In this document: positions 29,700 through 39,797 of the stretch, in pieces
How positions within the stretch are numbered: position 1 is the stretch's first letter
How the letters are laid out: each line of letters opens with the position of its first letter
NCBI GenBank assembly: GCA_965249725.1
Contig: CBDFMQ010000001.1
Location: 160,001-224,000, forward strand
Origin: Longimicrobiales bacterium
GTDB taxonomy: Bacteria; Gemmatimonadota; Gemmatimonadetes; Longimicrobiales; Gaopeijiaceae
Length of the DNA: 64,000 nt
Reading direction: 5' to 3'
Notes under the pieces: model-generated
The model's database searches: none
Told to the model about the DNA's origin: nothing
Seen by the model: the letters and a program-made list of their open reading frames with translations, nothing else
Program-made: the position numbers and the translations under genes

Positions 29700-30010
29700 A
29701 CTACACCCGCGGCTTGGTGGGCATGTTCACCTTCATCATCTTGCTGGCGACACTGAACACGCTGATGCCCTACACATTCTGCTCTTTGGCCCACTTCTTG
29801 GCTCCCCGAAAACCCGGAGACGGAGGCAGGAAAGGTCCGCGAGGCCACTCGGTGGTGTCGGCTTTGGCGTTTGGTTATGCGGCCTGGGCGATCATGGGAG
29901 CAGGCAGGGAAGCGGTCTACTGGGGCAGCCTATTGCTCCTGGCCGGGATTCCCGTTTTCGTTTGGTTGAAGAGGCGCTCTTCTGGAGGATTCGACACCGC
30001 CCACCCCTGA
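29700..30010 (+). pseudogene. C-terminal remnant of an APC amino-acid permease (arcD-like position)
   Basis: YTRGLVGMFTFIILLATL...PY...YAAWAIMGAG...WGSLLLLAGIPVFVW corresponds to the last TM helices only; lies directly upstream of arcA. Confidence 0.7.
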
Positions 30011-30026
30011 TCCTGGAGCACCTGCC

Positions 30027-31388
30027 TTGGCCGCTGGGAACCCAGATGAGCTGACGACCACCCCCGAGCAAGAGTCGAAGCTCGGGGTGCCGCCGAACGA
30101 GGACCCGGGATCCGAGGCTGCGGCGTTCGGAGTCGCTTCCGAGGTCGGCCGGCTTCGCAAGGTCTTGGTCCACCGCCCCGATTTGAGCCTCCAGCGACTC
30201 ACCCCCTCGAACGCCCGGGATCTCCTCTTCGACGACGTTCTGTGGGTCCGTAAGGCGAGGGAGCAGCACGACGTCTTCGTGGACCACCTTCGGGAACGCG
30301 GAGTCGAAGTGTACCTGCTTCGAGATCTCCTTTCGGAGACGCTGACGCTGAACCCTCAGGCTCGTCAGGCCGCTGTCGAACAGGTCGTGACGGCGTTGAC
30401 GGTCGGCGTCTCGCTGGTCGACGAGATCCGCGCCTACCTGCTCGAAATGGACCCCGACACGCTTGCAACGCATCTCATCGGAGGGCTGACCCACCGAGAG
30501 GTAGAAGGGCTGGACCTGGGCAGTTCGCTCACCGCCCGGGCCGAAGAGCATACCCCGTTCATTCTGCCGCCGCTCCCGAACTCACTCTTCACTCGAGACT
30601 CGTCCTGCTGGATCTACAACGGTGTGACCTTGAACCCGATGTACTACCGGGCCCGACGTCTGGAGACGGTCAACGTGGGCCTCATCTACACGGGTCACCC
30701 TCTGTTCGTCGGAGCCGACTTCGAGTTCTGGTATCCTCGCGACGACGGTGGCGGTGGCCGTAACGGCGACGGTGGCCGAAGTGCCGAAGACTTCGGTCGA
30801 GCCTCCCTCGAGGGTGGCGACGTCATGCCCATCGGCAACAAGACGGTCCTCATGGGCCTGAGCGAGCGGACAACGGCCCGGATGGTCGAGTTGCTCGCCA
30901 AGACGCTGTTCGAAGCGGGGGCCGCAGAGCGCGTGATCGCCTGTGAAGTGGGTCGAGACCGGGCCCACATGCATCTAGACACCGTATTCACCATGGTGGA
31001 TGTGGACGCCGTTACGGTCTACCCGAAGGTGGTAGACGCTATCAAGGCGTATAGTCTGCGTCCTTCCGACCAGGAGGATGGTCGGCTGTCCGTGCGGGAA
31101 GAGACGAGCTTACTCGACGCCGTGCAGGATGCACTGGGCGTAGGGAAGCTGCGCGTCATCGGAACGGGGGGTGACGAATTCCAGGCCGAGCGAGAACAGT
31201 GGGACGACGGCAACAACCTGCTCGCGATCGAGCCGGGGGTCGTGGTGGCATACTCGCGAAACGAATACACCAACACGCGGCTTCGAAAAGCCGGAGTCGA
31301 GGTCATCACGGTGGACGGGGCCGAGCTGGGGCGGGGTCGTGGTGGCGGACACTGCATGACTTGCCCGCTCCTGCGCGATGCGGTTTGA
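30027..31388 (+). CDS. arcA: Arginine deiminase
   Basis: [32 protein letters not shown] and [11 protein letters not shown] motifs. Confidence 0.96.
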   Translation: MAAGNPDELTTTPEQESKLGVPPNEDPGSEAAAFGVASEVGRLRKVLVHRPDLSLQRLTPSNARDLLFDDVLWVRKAREQHDVFVDHLRERGVEVYLLRDLLSETLTLNPQARQAAVEQVVTALTVGVSLVDEIRAYLLEMDPDTLATHLIGGLTHREVEGLDLGSSLTARAEEHTPFILPPLPNSLFTRDSSCWIYNGVTLNPMYYRARRLETVNVGLIYTGHPLFVGADFEFWYPRDDGGGGRNGDGGRSAEDFGRASLEGGDVMPIGNKTVLMGLSERTTARMVELLAKTLFEAGAAERVIACEVGRDRAHMHLDTVFTMVDVDAVTVYPKVVDAIKAYSLRPSDQEDGRLSVREETSLLDAVQDALGVGKLRVIGTGGDEFQAEREQWDDGNNLLAIEPGVVVAYSRNEYTNTRLRKAGVEVITVDGAELGRGRGGGHCMTCPLLRDAV

Positions 31389-31504
31389 GGCCGTCGGTGT
31401 CCCGCCCGCGATCGGCTGGACTTCTATAACAGGCTTCTAGGCCCGATCATTAGGTGACGTCCCGCTACGCTCTGGCAACAGATCTACTCTATCGGAGAAC
31501 CTGC

Positions 31505-32506
31505 ATGACCGTGGACCTCAGGGGGCGGCACTTCCTGAAGCTCGAGGACTTCGCGCCGACGGAGATCCGCCACCTCCTAGACCTCGCCGCGGAACTGAAG
31601 CGGGCGAAGACAGAGGGCTTCGAGGAGCCGCAGCTCGGCGGCAAGAACGTCGCCCTGATCTTCGAGAAGACCTCGACCCGCACGCGGTGCGCCTTCGAGG
31701 TCGCAGCTTACGACCAAGGGGCTCGTGTGACCTATCTGGGGCCCACGGGCTCGCAGATCGGAAACAAGGAGTCGATGAAGGACGTCGCGAGGGTGCTTGG
31801 CCGCATGTATGACGGCATCGAGTACCGCGGCTTCGCTCAGGAGACCGTCGAGGAGCTAGGCGCCTTCGCGGGCGTTCCGGTGTGGAACGGCCTGACCGAC
31901 GAGTTCCATCCGACCCAGATTCTCGCAGACTTTCTCACCATGGAGGAACACGCGGGCAAGCCTCTGTCGGAGATCTCGTACTGCTACCTCGGGGATGCTC
32001 GGAACAACATGGGGAATTCGCTCATGGTGGGCGGTGCGAAGATGGGGATGGACGTTCGACTCGCGGCGCCTGACGTATGCTGGCCCGAGGCCGGGCTGGT
32101 GACCCGCAGCGAGGGGTTCGCGGGCGAGAGCGGCGGGAGCGTCACGATAACCGAGAGTGTCGAGGAGGCGGTCCGCGACGCGGATTTCCTCTACACCGAC
32201 GTGTGGGTCTCCATGGGTGAACCCGCCTCGATGTGGGCGGAGCGTATCGAGCTTCTCCGCCCGTATCAGGTCAACTCGCAGGTCGTGGCGATGACCGGGG
32301 AGCCTCGGGCGAAGTTCCTGCACTGCCTCCCGGCCTTCCATGACCGTCAGACCGCCGTCGGCGAGGACATCTTTCAGCAGTTCGGTCTCGACGGCATGGA
32401 GGTGACAGACGAGGTGTTCGAGGGAGAGCACTCCATCGTCTTCGACCAGGCCGAGAACCGTATGCACACCATCAAGGCCGTGATGGTGGCTACGTTGGCC
32501 GGGTAA
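31505..32506 (+). CDS. arcB: Ornithine carbamoyltransferase (catabolic context)
   Basis: STRTR, HPTQ, HCLP and DQAENR motifs; between arcA and arcC. Confidence 0.95.
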   Translation: MTVDLRGRHFLKLEDFAPTEIRHLLDLAAELKRAKTEGFEEPQLGGKNVALIFEKTSTRTRCAFEVAAYDQGARVTYLGPTGSQIGNKESMKDVARVLGRMYDGIEYRGFAQETVEELGAFAGVPVWNGLTDEFHPTQILADFLTMEEHAGKPLSEISYCYLGDARNNMGNSLMVGGAKMGMDVRLAAPDVCWPEAGLVTRSEGFAGESGGSVTITESVEEAVRDADFLYTDVWVSMGEPASMWAERIELLRPYQVNSQVVAMTGEPRAKFLHCLPAFHDRQTAVGEDIFQQFGLDGMEVTDEVFEGEHSIVFDQAENRMHTIKAVMVATLAG

Positions 32507-32518
32507 GCGCGGACGCTC

Positions 32519-33424
32519 GTGCGCGTCGTCGTCGCCCTGGGGGGAAATGCTCTTCTACGGCGAGGAGAGCCTCCCACGGCAGCTGCGCAACGGAGGAACG
32601 TGCGGATCGCGGCTGATGCCCTCGCCCCGGTCGCACAGGATCACGAGCTCGTCATCACCCACGGGAACGGACCTCAGGTGGGCCTATTGGCTCTGCAGGC
32701 CGCGGCGTACAAAGGCGTGCGCCCGCCCCCGCTCGACGTGCTGGGGGCCGAAAGCGAAGGCATGATCGGCTACATGATCGAGCAGGAGCTCGGCAATCGG
32801 CTCCCGGTCGAGCGACCCTTCGCGACCATTCTCACGATGGTCGAGGTCGATCCCGCGGACCCCGCCTTCGACAACCCCACCAAACCCATCGGTCCGCTTT
32901 ACCTGGAGGAAGAGGCCCGTGCGCTGGCGTCGGAACACGGCTGGACCGTTGCGCCCGACGGGGACGGGTGGCGACGTGTGGTGCCGTCTCCCCTCCCACG
33001 GCGAGTTTTCGAGATCCGCCCGGTGCGTTGGCTGCTGGAACACAACGTGATCGTCATCTGCTCGGGTGGCGGTGGCATCCCCACCATGTACGACGATCAG
33101 GGAAAGCTCCACGGTGTGGAGGCGGTCATCGACAAGGATCGGGCGAGCGCGTTGTTGGCGGAACAGGTCGAGGCCGACTGTCTGATTCTTGCCACCGATG
33201 CGGACGCGGTATACCTGGATTGGGGCACGCCGGAGCAGAGCCCGATTCGCGCGGCGACACCCGAAGAGCTGAGACGGCACGAGTTTCCGGCCGGTTCCAT
33301 GGGCCCCAAGGTCGAGGCGGCCTGTACGTTCGTGGAGCGCACGGGGGGCCGCGCGTCCATCGGCGCGTTGGGAGAGATCGAGGCGATCCTCAACGCGAGG
33401 GCCGGAACCGTCGTGGAGCGCTGA
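32519..33424 (+). CDS. arcC: Carbamate kinase
   Basis: [28 protein letters not shown] and GSMGPK motifs. Confidence 0.96.
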   Translation: MRVVVALGGNALLRRGEPPTAAAQRRNVRIAADALAPVAQDHELVITHGNGPQVGLLALQAAAYKGVRPPPLDVLGAESEGMIGYMIEQELGNRLPVERPFATILTMVEVDPADPAFDNPTKPIGPLYLEEEARALASEHGWTVAPDGDGWRRVVPSPLPRRVFEIRPVRWLLEHNVIVICSGGGGIPTMYDDQGKLHGVEAVIDKDRASALLAEQVEADCLILATDADAVYLDWGTPEQSPIRAATPEELRRHEFPAGSMGPKVEAACTFVERTGGRASIGALGEIEAILNARAGTVVER

Positions 33425-33530
33425 TCGAAACAGAAGCGGCGGAATCTACGTCGGGTCGAGGAGACGTTTCGGTCGGCCTGTCGCATGGGGCCGATGGTCC
33501 CGCCTGACTCACACTTGAGGCGACGCTGGT

Positions 33531-33968
33531 ATGGAGCCGGAGATCATTGTCGGGATCCTCGCGATCTTCGTGAGTGGGGGAGCGATGGGGGCGGCCGGGA
33601 CGCTACTGGGGCAGTGGGTGCTCAAGAAGATCTCCGTGACGCCGCAGCGACAGGTGGGCTCCGCTGGTTCGAGGGAGGTCGAGATGCTCAAGGCCGAGAT
33701 GGCCGACATGGCGACACGGCTTCATTCGGTGGACACCCGCCTCGACTTTACGGAACAGCTCCTTGGCGGCGCCCTGTTAGGGGGGCCTGCCCCCGAGAGC
33801 CTGCCGGCTAAGGAGTCTCACCCGGAGTCGCCCTCGATGGCTGAGGGCGATCAGTCCCCTGAAGCGGGCGAGGGCTCCGGCTCGGCCGGCACGGTCCATC
33901 CGTCCACACCGAGCGACCCGGCGGGCGACCCGGCGGGCGACCCGGCGGGCGACCCAGCGGGCCGTTAG
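33531..33968 (+). CDS. Hypothetical membrane-anchored coiled-coil protein
   Basis: N-terminal TM, heptad-like region ending RLDFTEQLL, and a disordered tail with DPAG repeats. Confidence 0.65.
   Translation: MEPEIIVGILAIFVSGGAMGAAGTLLGQWVLKKISVTPQRQVGSAGSREVEMLKAEMADMATRLHSVDTRLDFTEQLLGGALLGGPAPESLPAKESHPESPSMAEGDQSPEAGEGSGSAGTVHPSTPSDPAGDPAGDPAGDPAGR
33915..33962 (+). repeat. 12-bp tandem repeat GACCCGGCGGGC x4 (last copy has 1 mismatch)
   Basis: Read directly; encodes DPAG x4. Confidence 0.9.
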
Positions 33969-34064
33969 CGGCAGCTCGAGACCACCCGCCGGTTTCATCG
34001 GTGGCTCCGGGTCTGTCAGAGTGGGGGACGGGCCGAGTGCGGTGTCAGGCGATACTATATCGCC

Positions 34065-35006
34065 ATGTCCACCCCCACGCTGCGTATCGGAGTCGATCTG
34101 GGCGGCACCAAGATAGAGGCTTTGGCCCTCGGTCCGGATGGCGTAGAGCTGGCCCGGCGTCGGGTCGCGACCCCGGGGAGCTATGACCAGACTCTGGGGC
34201 TCCTCCGCGGCCTGGTGTCGTCTCTGGAAGCCGACGCGGCCACCACGACCGGTTCGGTGACGCCGGCGAGTGTGGGCGTCGGCATTCCCGGGGCCATCTC
34301 GCCGACGACCGGGCTCGTCAAAAACTCCAACTCCACGTGGCTCAACGGTCGTCCCTTCGACGACGACCTGGGGCGGATTCTGGGACGGCCCGTTCGAGTC
34401 CTGAATGACGCGAACTGCTTCGCCTTCTCCGAGGCTACCGATGGGGCGGGGGCAGGCGCGGACGTCGTCTTCGGCATCATCATCGGGACCGGGGTGGGCG
34501 GCGGCGTGGTCGTCCACAAGCAGGTTCTGGAAGGGCCGCAGCGGATCGGGGGTGAGTGGGGCCACAACCCGTTGCCATGGCCCAACGACGCTGAGCGACC
34601 TGGGCCGGAGTGTGCCTGCGGTAAGCGAGGCTGTCTCGAGACTTATGTCTCCGGGCCGGGATTTGCCCGCGATCACGAAGCGACCACAGGCGAGGCACTG
34701 TCCACCCATGAGATCGCATCGAGGGCTGCAGAGGGTGATGCCGGAGCCAGTGCGTCCTACGACCGCTACGTGGATCGGTTGGCCCGTGGCTTGGCCACCG
34801 TCGTCAATGTCGTCGATCCCGATGTCGTCGTGTTGGGAGGGGGCATGTCCAATCTCGCCGACCTGCCGGAGGATCTGAAGCACGCCCTGGCACCCTATGT
34901 GTTCACCGACACGTGCTCGACTCGGGTGGTGCGGAACGTTCACGGGGACTCGAGCGGCGTGCGCGGCGCGGCCTGGCTCTGGCCGGCGGAGTCCACTCGC
35001 AGGTAG
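34065..35006 (+). CDS. ROK family sugar kinase (fructokinase Mak-like)
   Basis: GVDLGGTKIE, NDANC, GEWGH, CACGKRGCLE and GDSSGVRGAAWL motifs. Confidence 0.9.
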   Translation: MSTPTLRIGVDLGGTKIEALALGPDGVELARRRVATPGSYDQTLGLLRGLVSSLEADAATTTGSVTPASVGVGIPGAISPTTGLVKNSNSTWLNGRPFDDDLGRILGRPVRVLNDANCFAFSEATDGAGAGADVVFGIIIGTGVGGGVVVHKQVLEGPQRIGGEWGHNPLPWPNDAERPGPECACGKRGCLETYVSGPGFARDHEATTGEALSTHEIASRAAEGDAGASASYDRYVDRLARGLATVVNVVDPDVVVLGGGMSNLADLPEDLKHALAPYVFTDTCSTRVVRNVHGDSSGVRGAAWLWPAESTRR

Positions 35007-35015
35007 GCCGATCCC

Positions 35016-36353
35016 ATGTGGCTTCTTCCCGTGCTCTCCGCGTCGTGCTGGTTGGTCAGCCGAGTCTTCTACCGACTCTCCGTGGACGGCCCAGAGGTCC
35101 CACCCGGCGGCCCGGTCCTGCTCGTTGCCAACCATCCGAACTCTCTCGTGGACCCCGTCATCGTCGCGGGTGTTACGGGCCGCCGCGTGCGGTTCTTGGC
35201 GAAGGCGCCACTGTTCACCGATGCCAAGATCGGGTGGATGGTCAGGGCGGCCGGAGCGATTCCGGTCTATCGAACGCAAGACGACCCGTCCGCAATGGGC
35301 CAAAACCGTGACGTCTTCGAGGCGGTCATCGGGGAGTTGGCGCACGGAGCGGCGATCGGGATCTTCCCGGAGGGCGTCAGCCACTCGGAGCCGTCTCTGG
35401 CCGAGCTGCGCACAGGTACCGCGCGCATGGCACTGGGCGCCTATGAGCAGACTGCCCGGACATTCCCCATCGTCCCGGTCGGAATCGTGCCGGCCCGGAA
35501 GGAGCGTTTTCGCTCAGAGATGCGGGTGGTTCTGGGAGAGCCCGTGCAATGGGACGATCTGGCCGAGCGAGGCCGTAAGGACCGTGATGCGGTACGGGAG
35601 CTCACGGCCCGGATCGATCAGGGGCTGAGGGGAGTCACCCTCAACCTGGAGAAATGGGAGGACCGGCCACTCGTGGAAACCGCCGAGGCGATATGGAGCC
35701 TCGAGGTGGAGGAGGCCGAGGGCCCGGCCCACCAGTTGCGCCGTTACGAGATCACCGCGCGGATCCTGTCCGCCGTCCGGCAGGGCTCGGACGACCGCTG
35801 GAAGGCCCTGCAGCGCGACCTTTCCAATCATTATCGTCGCCTGGCCCTGTTCGGGTTCGGACCAGGCGACCTGCACGCCGACGTGGGGATCCCGTCCAGC
35901 GTGCGTTGGTCGGCCCGTCGCCTCTACCTGGTCGGGATTCCCGTCATCGCTCTGGCCCTCGTGGGCCACATCACGTTCTGGGCCCCGTTCTGGCTCACGC
36001 GTTTTCTCACGGCGAGGGCGAGGCCGGCGCTCGATCGGATATCCACCTACAAGCTCCTGTTCGGGCTCCTGAACTACTCCGCCTGGGTGGCCCTGGTCGC
36101 CGCGGCGGGCCTGTGGGTATGGGGCTGGGGGGTGGGGCTGGCTCTGCTGCTGCTCATGCCTCCTCTAGGTATCACGGGGCTTTGGATCCGTGAGCGGTGG
36201 CGCTGGGGGTTCCGTGATGCCCGGCGGTTCCTGATCCTCCGTACCCGCAGGCACGTGATCGCCGAGTTGTTCGCCGAGCAGAAGCGCCTGGGCTCGGAGC
36301 TCCGGGCCCTATTCGGGGCTTGGGAATCGGGAGACCCCGGCCTGGGTCACTGA
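35016..36353 (+). CDS. Lysophospholipid acyltransferase (PlsC family) with C-terminal TM region
   Basis: NHPNSLVD, FLAK and FPEG motifs. Confidence 0.88.
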   Translation: MWLLPVLSASCWLVSRVFYRLSVDGPEVPPGGPVLLVANHPNSLVDPVIVAGVTGRRVRFLAKAPLFTDAKIGWMVRAAGAIPVYRTQDDPSAMGQNRDVFEAVIGELAHGAAIGIFPEGVSHSEPSLAELRTGTARMALGAYEQTARTFPIVPVGIVPARKERFRSEMRVVLGEPVQWDDLAERGRKDRDAVRELTARIDQGLRGVTLNLEKWEDRPLVETAEAIWSLEVEEAEGPAHQLRRYEITARILSAVRQGSDDRWKALQRDLSNHYRRLALFGFGPGDLHADVGIPSSVRWSARRLYLVGIPVIALALVGHITFWAPFWLTRFLTARARPALDRISTYKLLFGLLNYSAWVALVAAAGLWVWGWGVGLALLLLMPPLGITGLWIRERWRWGFRDARRFLILRTRRHVIAELFAEQKRLGSELRALFGAWESGDPGLGH

Positions 36354-37696
36354 AGCCCGATAGCGATCGCCAGGATGACCACGGCGGCGCCTAGGCCCAT
36401 GAGCACCAGATACCACTTCACGGTGAACTTGAGCCACTCCTGATACTCGACTCCCCCGGCGGCCAGTATGGCCATGAGGGCCCCGTTCGTCGGCGTGATG
36501 AGATCACAGAGTCCGGCTCCGTATTGGTACGCCAACACCGTGACCTGACGCGAGAGGCCCAGGAGGTCGGACAGGGGGATGAGCACCGGCATCGTCAGCA
36601 CGGCCTGCCCGCTCACGCTGGGCACCGGTACGTGGACGAAGACGTGAGAGACCATCATTCCCAGGGCCGAGAGGGCCACCGGAAGGTTGGCCACGGGGGT
36701 GAACATGCCGTGGACGATCGTGTCCACGATGCGACCCTGATCGAGCACCACGAAGATGGCTCTGGCGAAGCCGATGAGCAGGGCGGCATACGCCATCGAG
36801 CGGAATCCCTTCACGTATGCCTCCGCCGTGCCCATCACCCGGAGTCCACCCACGACACCGGCCACGATGCCCATGATGAAGAAGAGTGCCGACATCTCGT
36901 CGAAGCCCCATCCCATGCTCAGGATGCCCCAGATGAGGACAGCGAAGGTCGCCACGACCATGGCCAGAATCGACAGATCGTGGGGGCTCATGACTCCGTC
37001 CTCTTCATCTAAGTCTTCGGGAGCCTCGGGAGCCGTGCGGGTGCGCTCTGCGTGGCGCATGGTGGCGAAGATCCAGATGCCGAGGGCCACGGCGAGGAAC
37101 ACGATGCGGAAGAGGCCACCCGAAAGCAGTGGTAGCTCAGCCAGTTTCTGGGCGATGCCCACCTGGAACGGGTTGATGGGACTGAAGGCCGATCCCACGA
37201 AGGCGGCGCCGGCGCTCATCGACACTGCGGTGAGAGGCGCGAAACCCAGGCGCTTCGTCAGGATGAGCAGGACCGGCACGAGCGCGATGATCTCTTCCTG
37301 CATGTTCTCCAGGACGCCGCCGGTGGCGAAGGCGAGGCTCACCACCGGGATGACGAGGACCTCGCGGTTCTGTAGCCTCTTCACGAGCCAACCCACCGCG
37401 CTGCGCAGTGCGCCGGTCTCGTCTACCACGGTGAACGCCCCGCCGATGAGGAACACCAGAAAGACGACGTCTGCCGCGTCGGCCATGCCCTTCGGGATGG
37501 CGACAATGGCCTGGAAGAACCCGACCGGGGCAGGCTCCACCTCATGGTACGTGCCGGCCACGACGACGCTGCGACCCGTTATCGGGTCGTCCCGACGCTC
37601 GTACTGACCGGCGGGAAGCACGTAACTCAAGGCTGCCGCGATCAGAATGCAGCCGGTGAGCAGTGTGAGCGGATGCGGGAAGCGCGGCTTCGTCAT
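36347..37696 (-). CDS. YfcC family transporter (basic amino acid antiporter-like)
   Basis: PH...PAGQYER, SPINPFQVGIAQ, VPSVSGQA and PTNG motifs. Confidence 0.88.
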   Translation of the reverse strand: MTKPRFPHPLTLLTGCILIAAALSYVLPAGQYERRDDPITGRSVVVAGTYHEVEPAPVGFFQAIVAIPKGMADAADVVFLVFLIGGAFTVVDETGALRSAVGWLVKRLQNREVLVIPVVSLAFATGGVLENMQEEIIALVPVLLILTKRLGFAPLTAVSMSAGAAFVGSAFSPINPFQVGIAQKLAELPLLSGGLFRIVFLAVALGIWIFATMRHAERTRTAPEAPEDLDEEDGVMSPHDLSILAMVVATFAVLIWGILSMGWGFDEMSALFFIMGIVAGVVGGLRVMGTAEAYVKGFRSMAYAALLIGFARAIFVVLDQGRIVDTIVHGMFTPVANLPVALSALGMMVSHVFVHVPVPSVSGQAVLTMPVLIPLSDLLGLSRQVTVLAYQYGAGLCDLITPTNGALMAILAAGGVEYQEWLKFTVKWYLVLMGLGAAVVILAIAIGLQ

Positions 37697-37699
37697 CTG

Positions 37700-37978
37700 C
37701 TACTCCAGGTCGATTTCTGACTCGTAGTCATCCAGCCGGGCGATCCGCTCGAGAAAGAACCCGATGGCGTAGACGCCGGCGCCGCCGACCAGCATGTAGA
37801 CCGTTTCCACTCCCGACACAAACAGGAAGGCCGCGGCCATGATGATGAGGCCGAAGGTGGAGATCAGGCTGGCAAAGGGAGATACGCGGTGCTGGCGACC
37901 CCTGCGCACGACGGCGGAGATGCCGAGTGCCGCCGCCGAGGTAACCATGAACTTGAGGACGGTAGGCAAAGTGATCAC
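37700..37978 (-). CDS. Small hypothetical 3-TM membrane protein
   Basis: GTG start overlaps the upstream TGA (GTGA); three hydrophobic segments. Confidence 0.6.
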   Translation of the reverse strand: MITLPTVLKFMVTSAAALGISAVVRRGRQHRVSPFASLISTFGLIIMAAAFLFVSGVETVYMLVGGAGVYAIGFFLERIARLDDYESEIDLE

Positions 37979-39005
37979 GGCTTGGACTCCGTCGCGCTGA
38001 GGATCTCGGGGCCGTAGGCGAAGAGGGCCGGGGTACCGCCGGTATGCATGAATATGACCGGCTCGGGTCCTACCCGGCCCTTTCGGACCAGGTCCAAGAA
38101 TCCCGCAAAGGCCTTGCCTGTGTAGACCGGGTCCACGAGCAGGGCTTCTGTGCGGGCCGCAATGAGCATGGCCTCGGTGGCGGAGTCGGTCAGGCACCCA
38201 TAGGCCGGTCCGAGGAAGTCGTCCGTGACCAGGACGTCGTCCTCCTGCACGATCCCCACACAATCCAAGAGGGATTCCGTTCTGCGCACCACCCGTGTGA
38301 CCCGTCCCCTCTGCGCGTCCTGCCCGCGGCGGACGCAGATTCCGTGTACCGTAACGTCTCTCCGGCCCTGAGCCCTGAGTCCGACGAGCATGCCTGCATG
38401 CGTAGCAGCGCTGCCGCTGGCCAGCACGATGGTGCTCAACGGCACGTTCATCTCATCGGTCTGCTGAATGAGTTCTGCCGCTGCTTCTACGTACCCGAGG
38501 GCCCCGAGGGGCTCGTGTTCCTCCGATAGATAAATCAAGTAAGGGCGTTCCCCGCCTCTTCCAGACCTTGCGCGATTTCAGAGAGGGCTCGGTCGGCCCC
38601 TGCTTCATCCTCACCCTCGGGGTACGTGTGGAGGTGGGCACCCAGCAGCCGATTCAAGAGCACATTGCCCGATCCGTGATACACCTCGCCCATCCCCGGT
38701 ACGCGATCCTCCAGTTGGATGTGGCAGCCTAGCCCTAGCTTGGATGCGGCCGCAGCCACCGTCCGCACGAAGTTGGACTGAACCGCGCCGGTAACGAGGA
38801 CCGTGGTCGCACCGCGCTCGACGGCGTCTCCGAAGTAGAACTCGAGTTGGCGGGCCTTGTTGCCTCCTAGGGCGAGTCCGGTGCAGTCGTCTCGTTTCAC
38901 GAGCAGACTCGGCCCGCCCACGAGCTCCGAGAGGTTGGGCATGGGTTCCAGCGGAGTCGGGAGGTGGGCCAGCTCGACCCGGGGAAAGTCGGTCAGAGGA
39001 CGCAT
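37975..39005 (-). pseudogene. D-cysteine desulfhydrase / ACC deaminase / cysteate sulfo-lyase family PLP enzyme, split by a 1-nt deletion near 38550
   Basis: KRDDCTG.ALGGNK and QSN are in one frame; GALGY, DPVYTGKA and HTGG are in another. Adding one G to the G4 run (plus strand 38550-38553) restores AGERPYLIY and a 343-aa ORF. Confidence 0.85.
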
Positions 39006-39009
39006 GAGG

Positions 39010-39783
39010 CTATCGGAGGAGGGTGGTCAGCAGCATGTAGGATCCGGTGGCGGCGAGTAGAAGAAGGACGAAGCGCCGGAACATGGTTTCATTGATGTGC
39101 CGGGCGGCCGCGTGCCCAAGGGCCGCACCGGCCCAAGCCAGCGGGAGCAGGGTGGCCGCCGTGATCCAAACACGAGGGGAGATGCCTACCGTCGCCGACT
39201 GGAGCAATATCGCTCCTATATATAGAGCGGTGAACAGTGTGAGGGAGACCGCTCTGAAGGTGGCCTTGTCCACACCTATGGCGGTCAGGTAGAGGACCAG
39301 GACAGGGCCTGGCATACTGAGGGACGCCGTCATCGCACCTGCGACCACCCCGACAGCGAGGACCGAAGGGGTGCGGTATGGCATGGCTGTGTCTGTCGAC
39401 GCGGCCGATTGCCCCGATTCTCCAGCGACCTTGGTGGGGGCCTTTTGCCTGGCGAGAACCGCGGTGAAAGCCAGAATGACCACGGCCACCGCCGCGTAGA
39501 TGGCGCCCAAGCTGGCATACGCGAAGGCTATCACCCCCACCGGTACCCCCAGAAGGGCCCCGGTCAGGAGTAGCCGCCACAGGCCCACCGGCACATCTCT
39601 CCATAGGCGCCGGCACAACGAGCCGCAGATCACCAGGTTCAGCACCAGGGTCACCTGCACGGCTTCGGTGGACTCGAGGATCAAGAGGAAGAAGGAGACG
39701 GCCAGCAGAGTGAACGCGAATCCGATGGTGCCCTGTACCGCGGCGGCGAATAAGGTTACCAGGCCCAACAGGACCCAGTCCAT
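39010..39783 (-). CDS. TauE/SafE family (sulfite exporter-type) membrane protein
   Basis: AAAVQGTIGFAF, SMPGP and FRA motifs; about 8 TM. Confidence 0.85.
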   Translation of the reverse strand: MDWVLLGLVTLFAAAVQGTIGFAFTLLAVSFFLLILESTEAVQVTLVLNLVICGSLCRRLWRDVPVGLWRLLLTGALLGVPVGVIAFAYASLGAIYAAVAVVILAFTAVLARQKAPTKVAGESGQSAASTDTAMPYRTPSVLAVGVVAGAMTASLSMPGPVLVLYLTAIGVDKATFRAVSLTLFTALYIGAILLQSATVGISPRVWITAATLLPLAWAGAALGHAAARHINETMFRRFVLLLLAATGSYMLLTTLLR

Positions 39784-39797
39784 CAGCGCGATGGCTT

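Noticed and set aside
13570..38560. Programmed frameshifting or phase variation at the two G4 indels
   Set aside because: The runs are too short, lack slippery heptamers, and these enzyme families are not known to recode.
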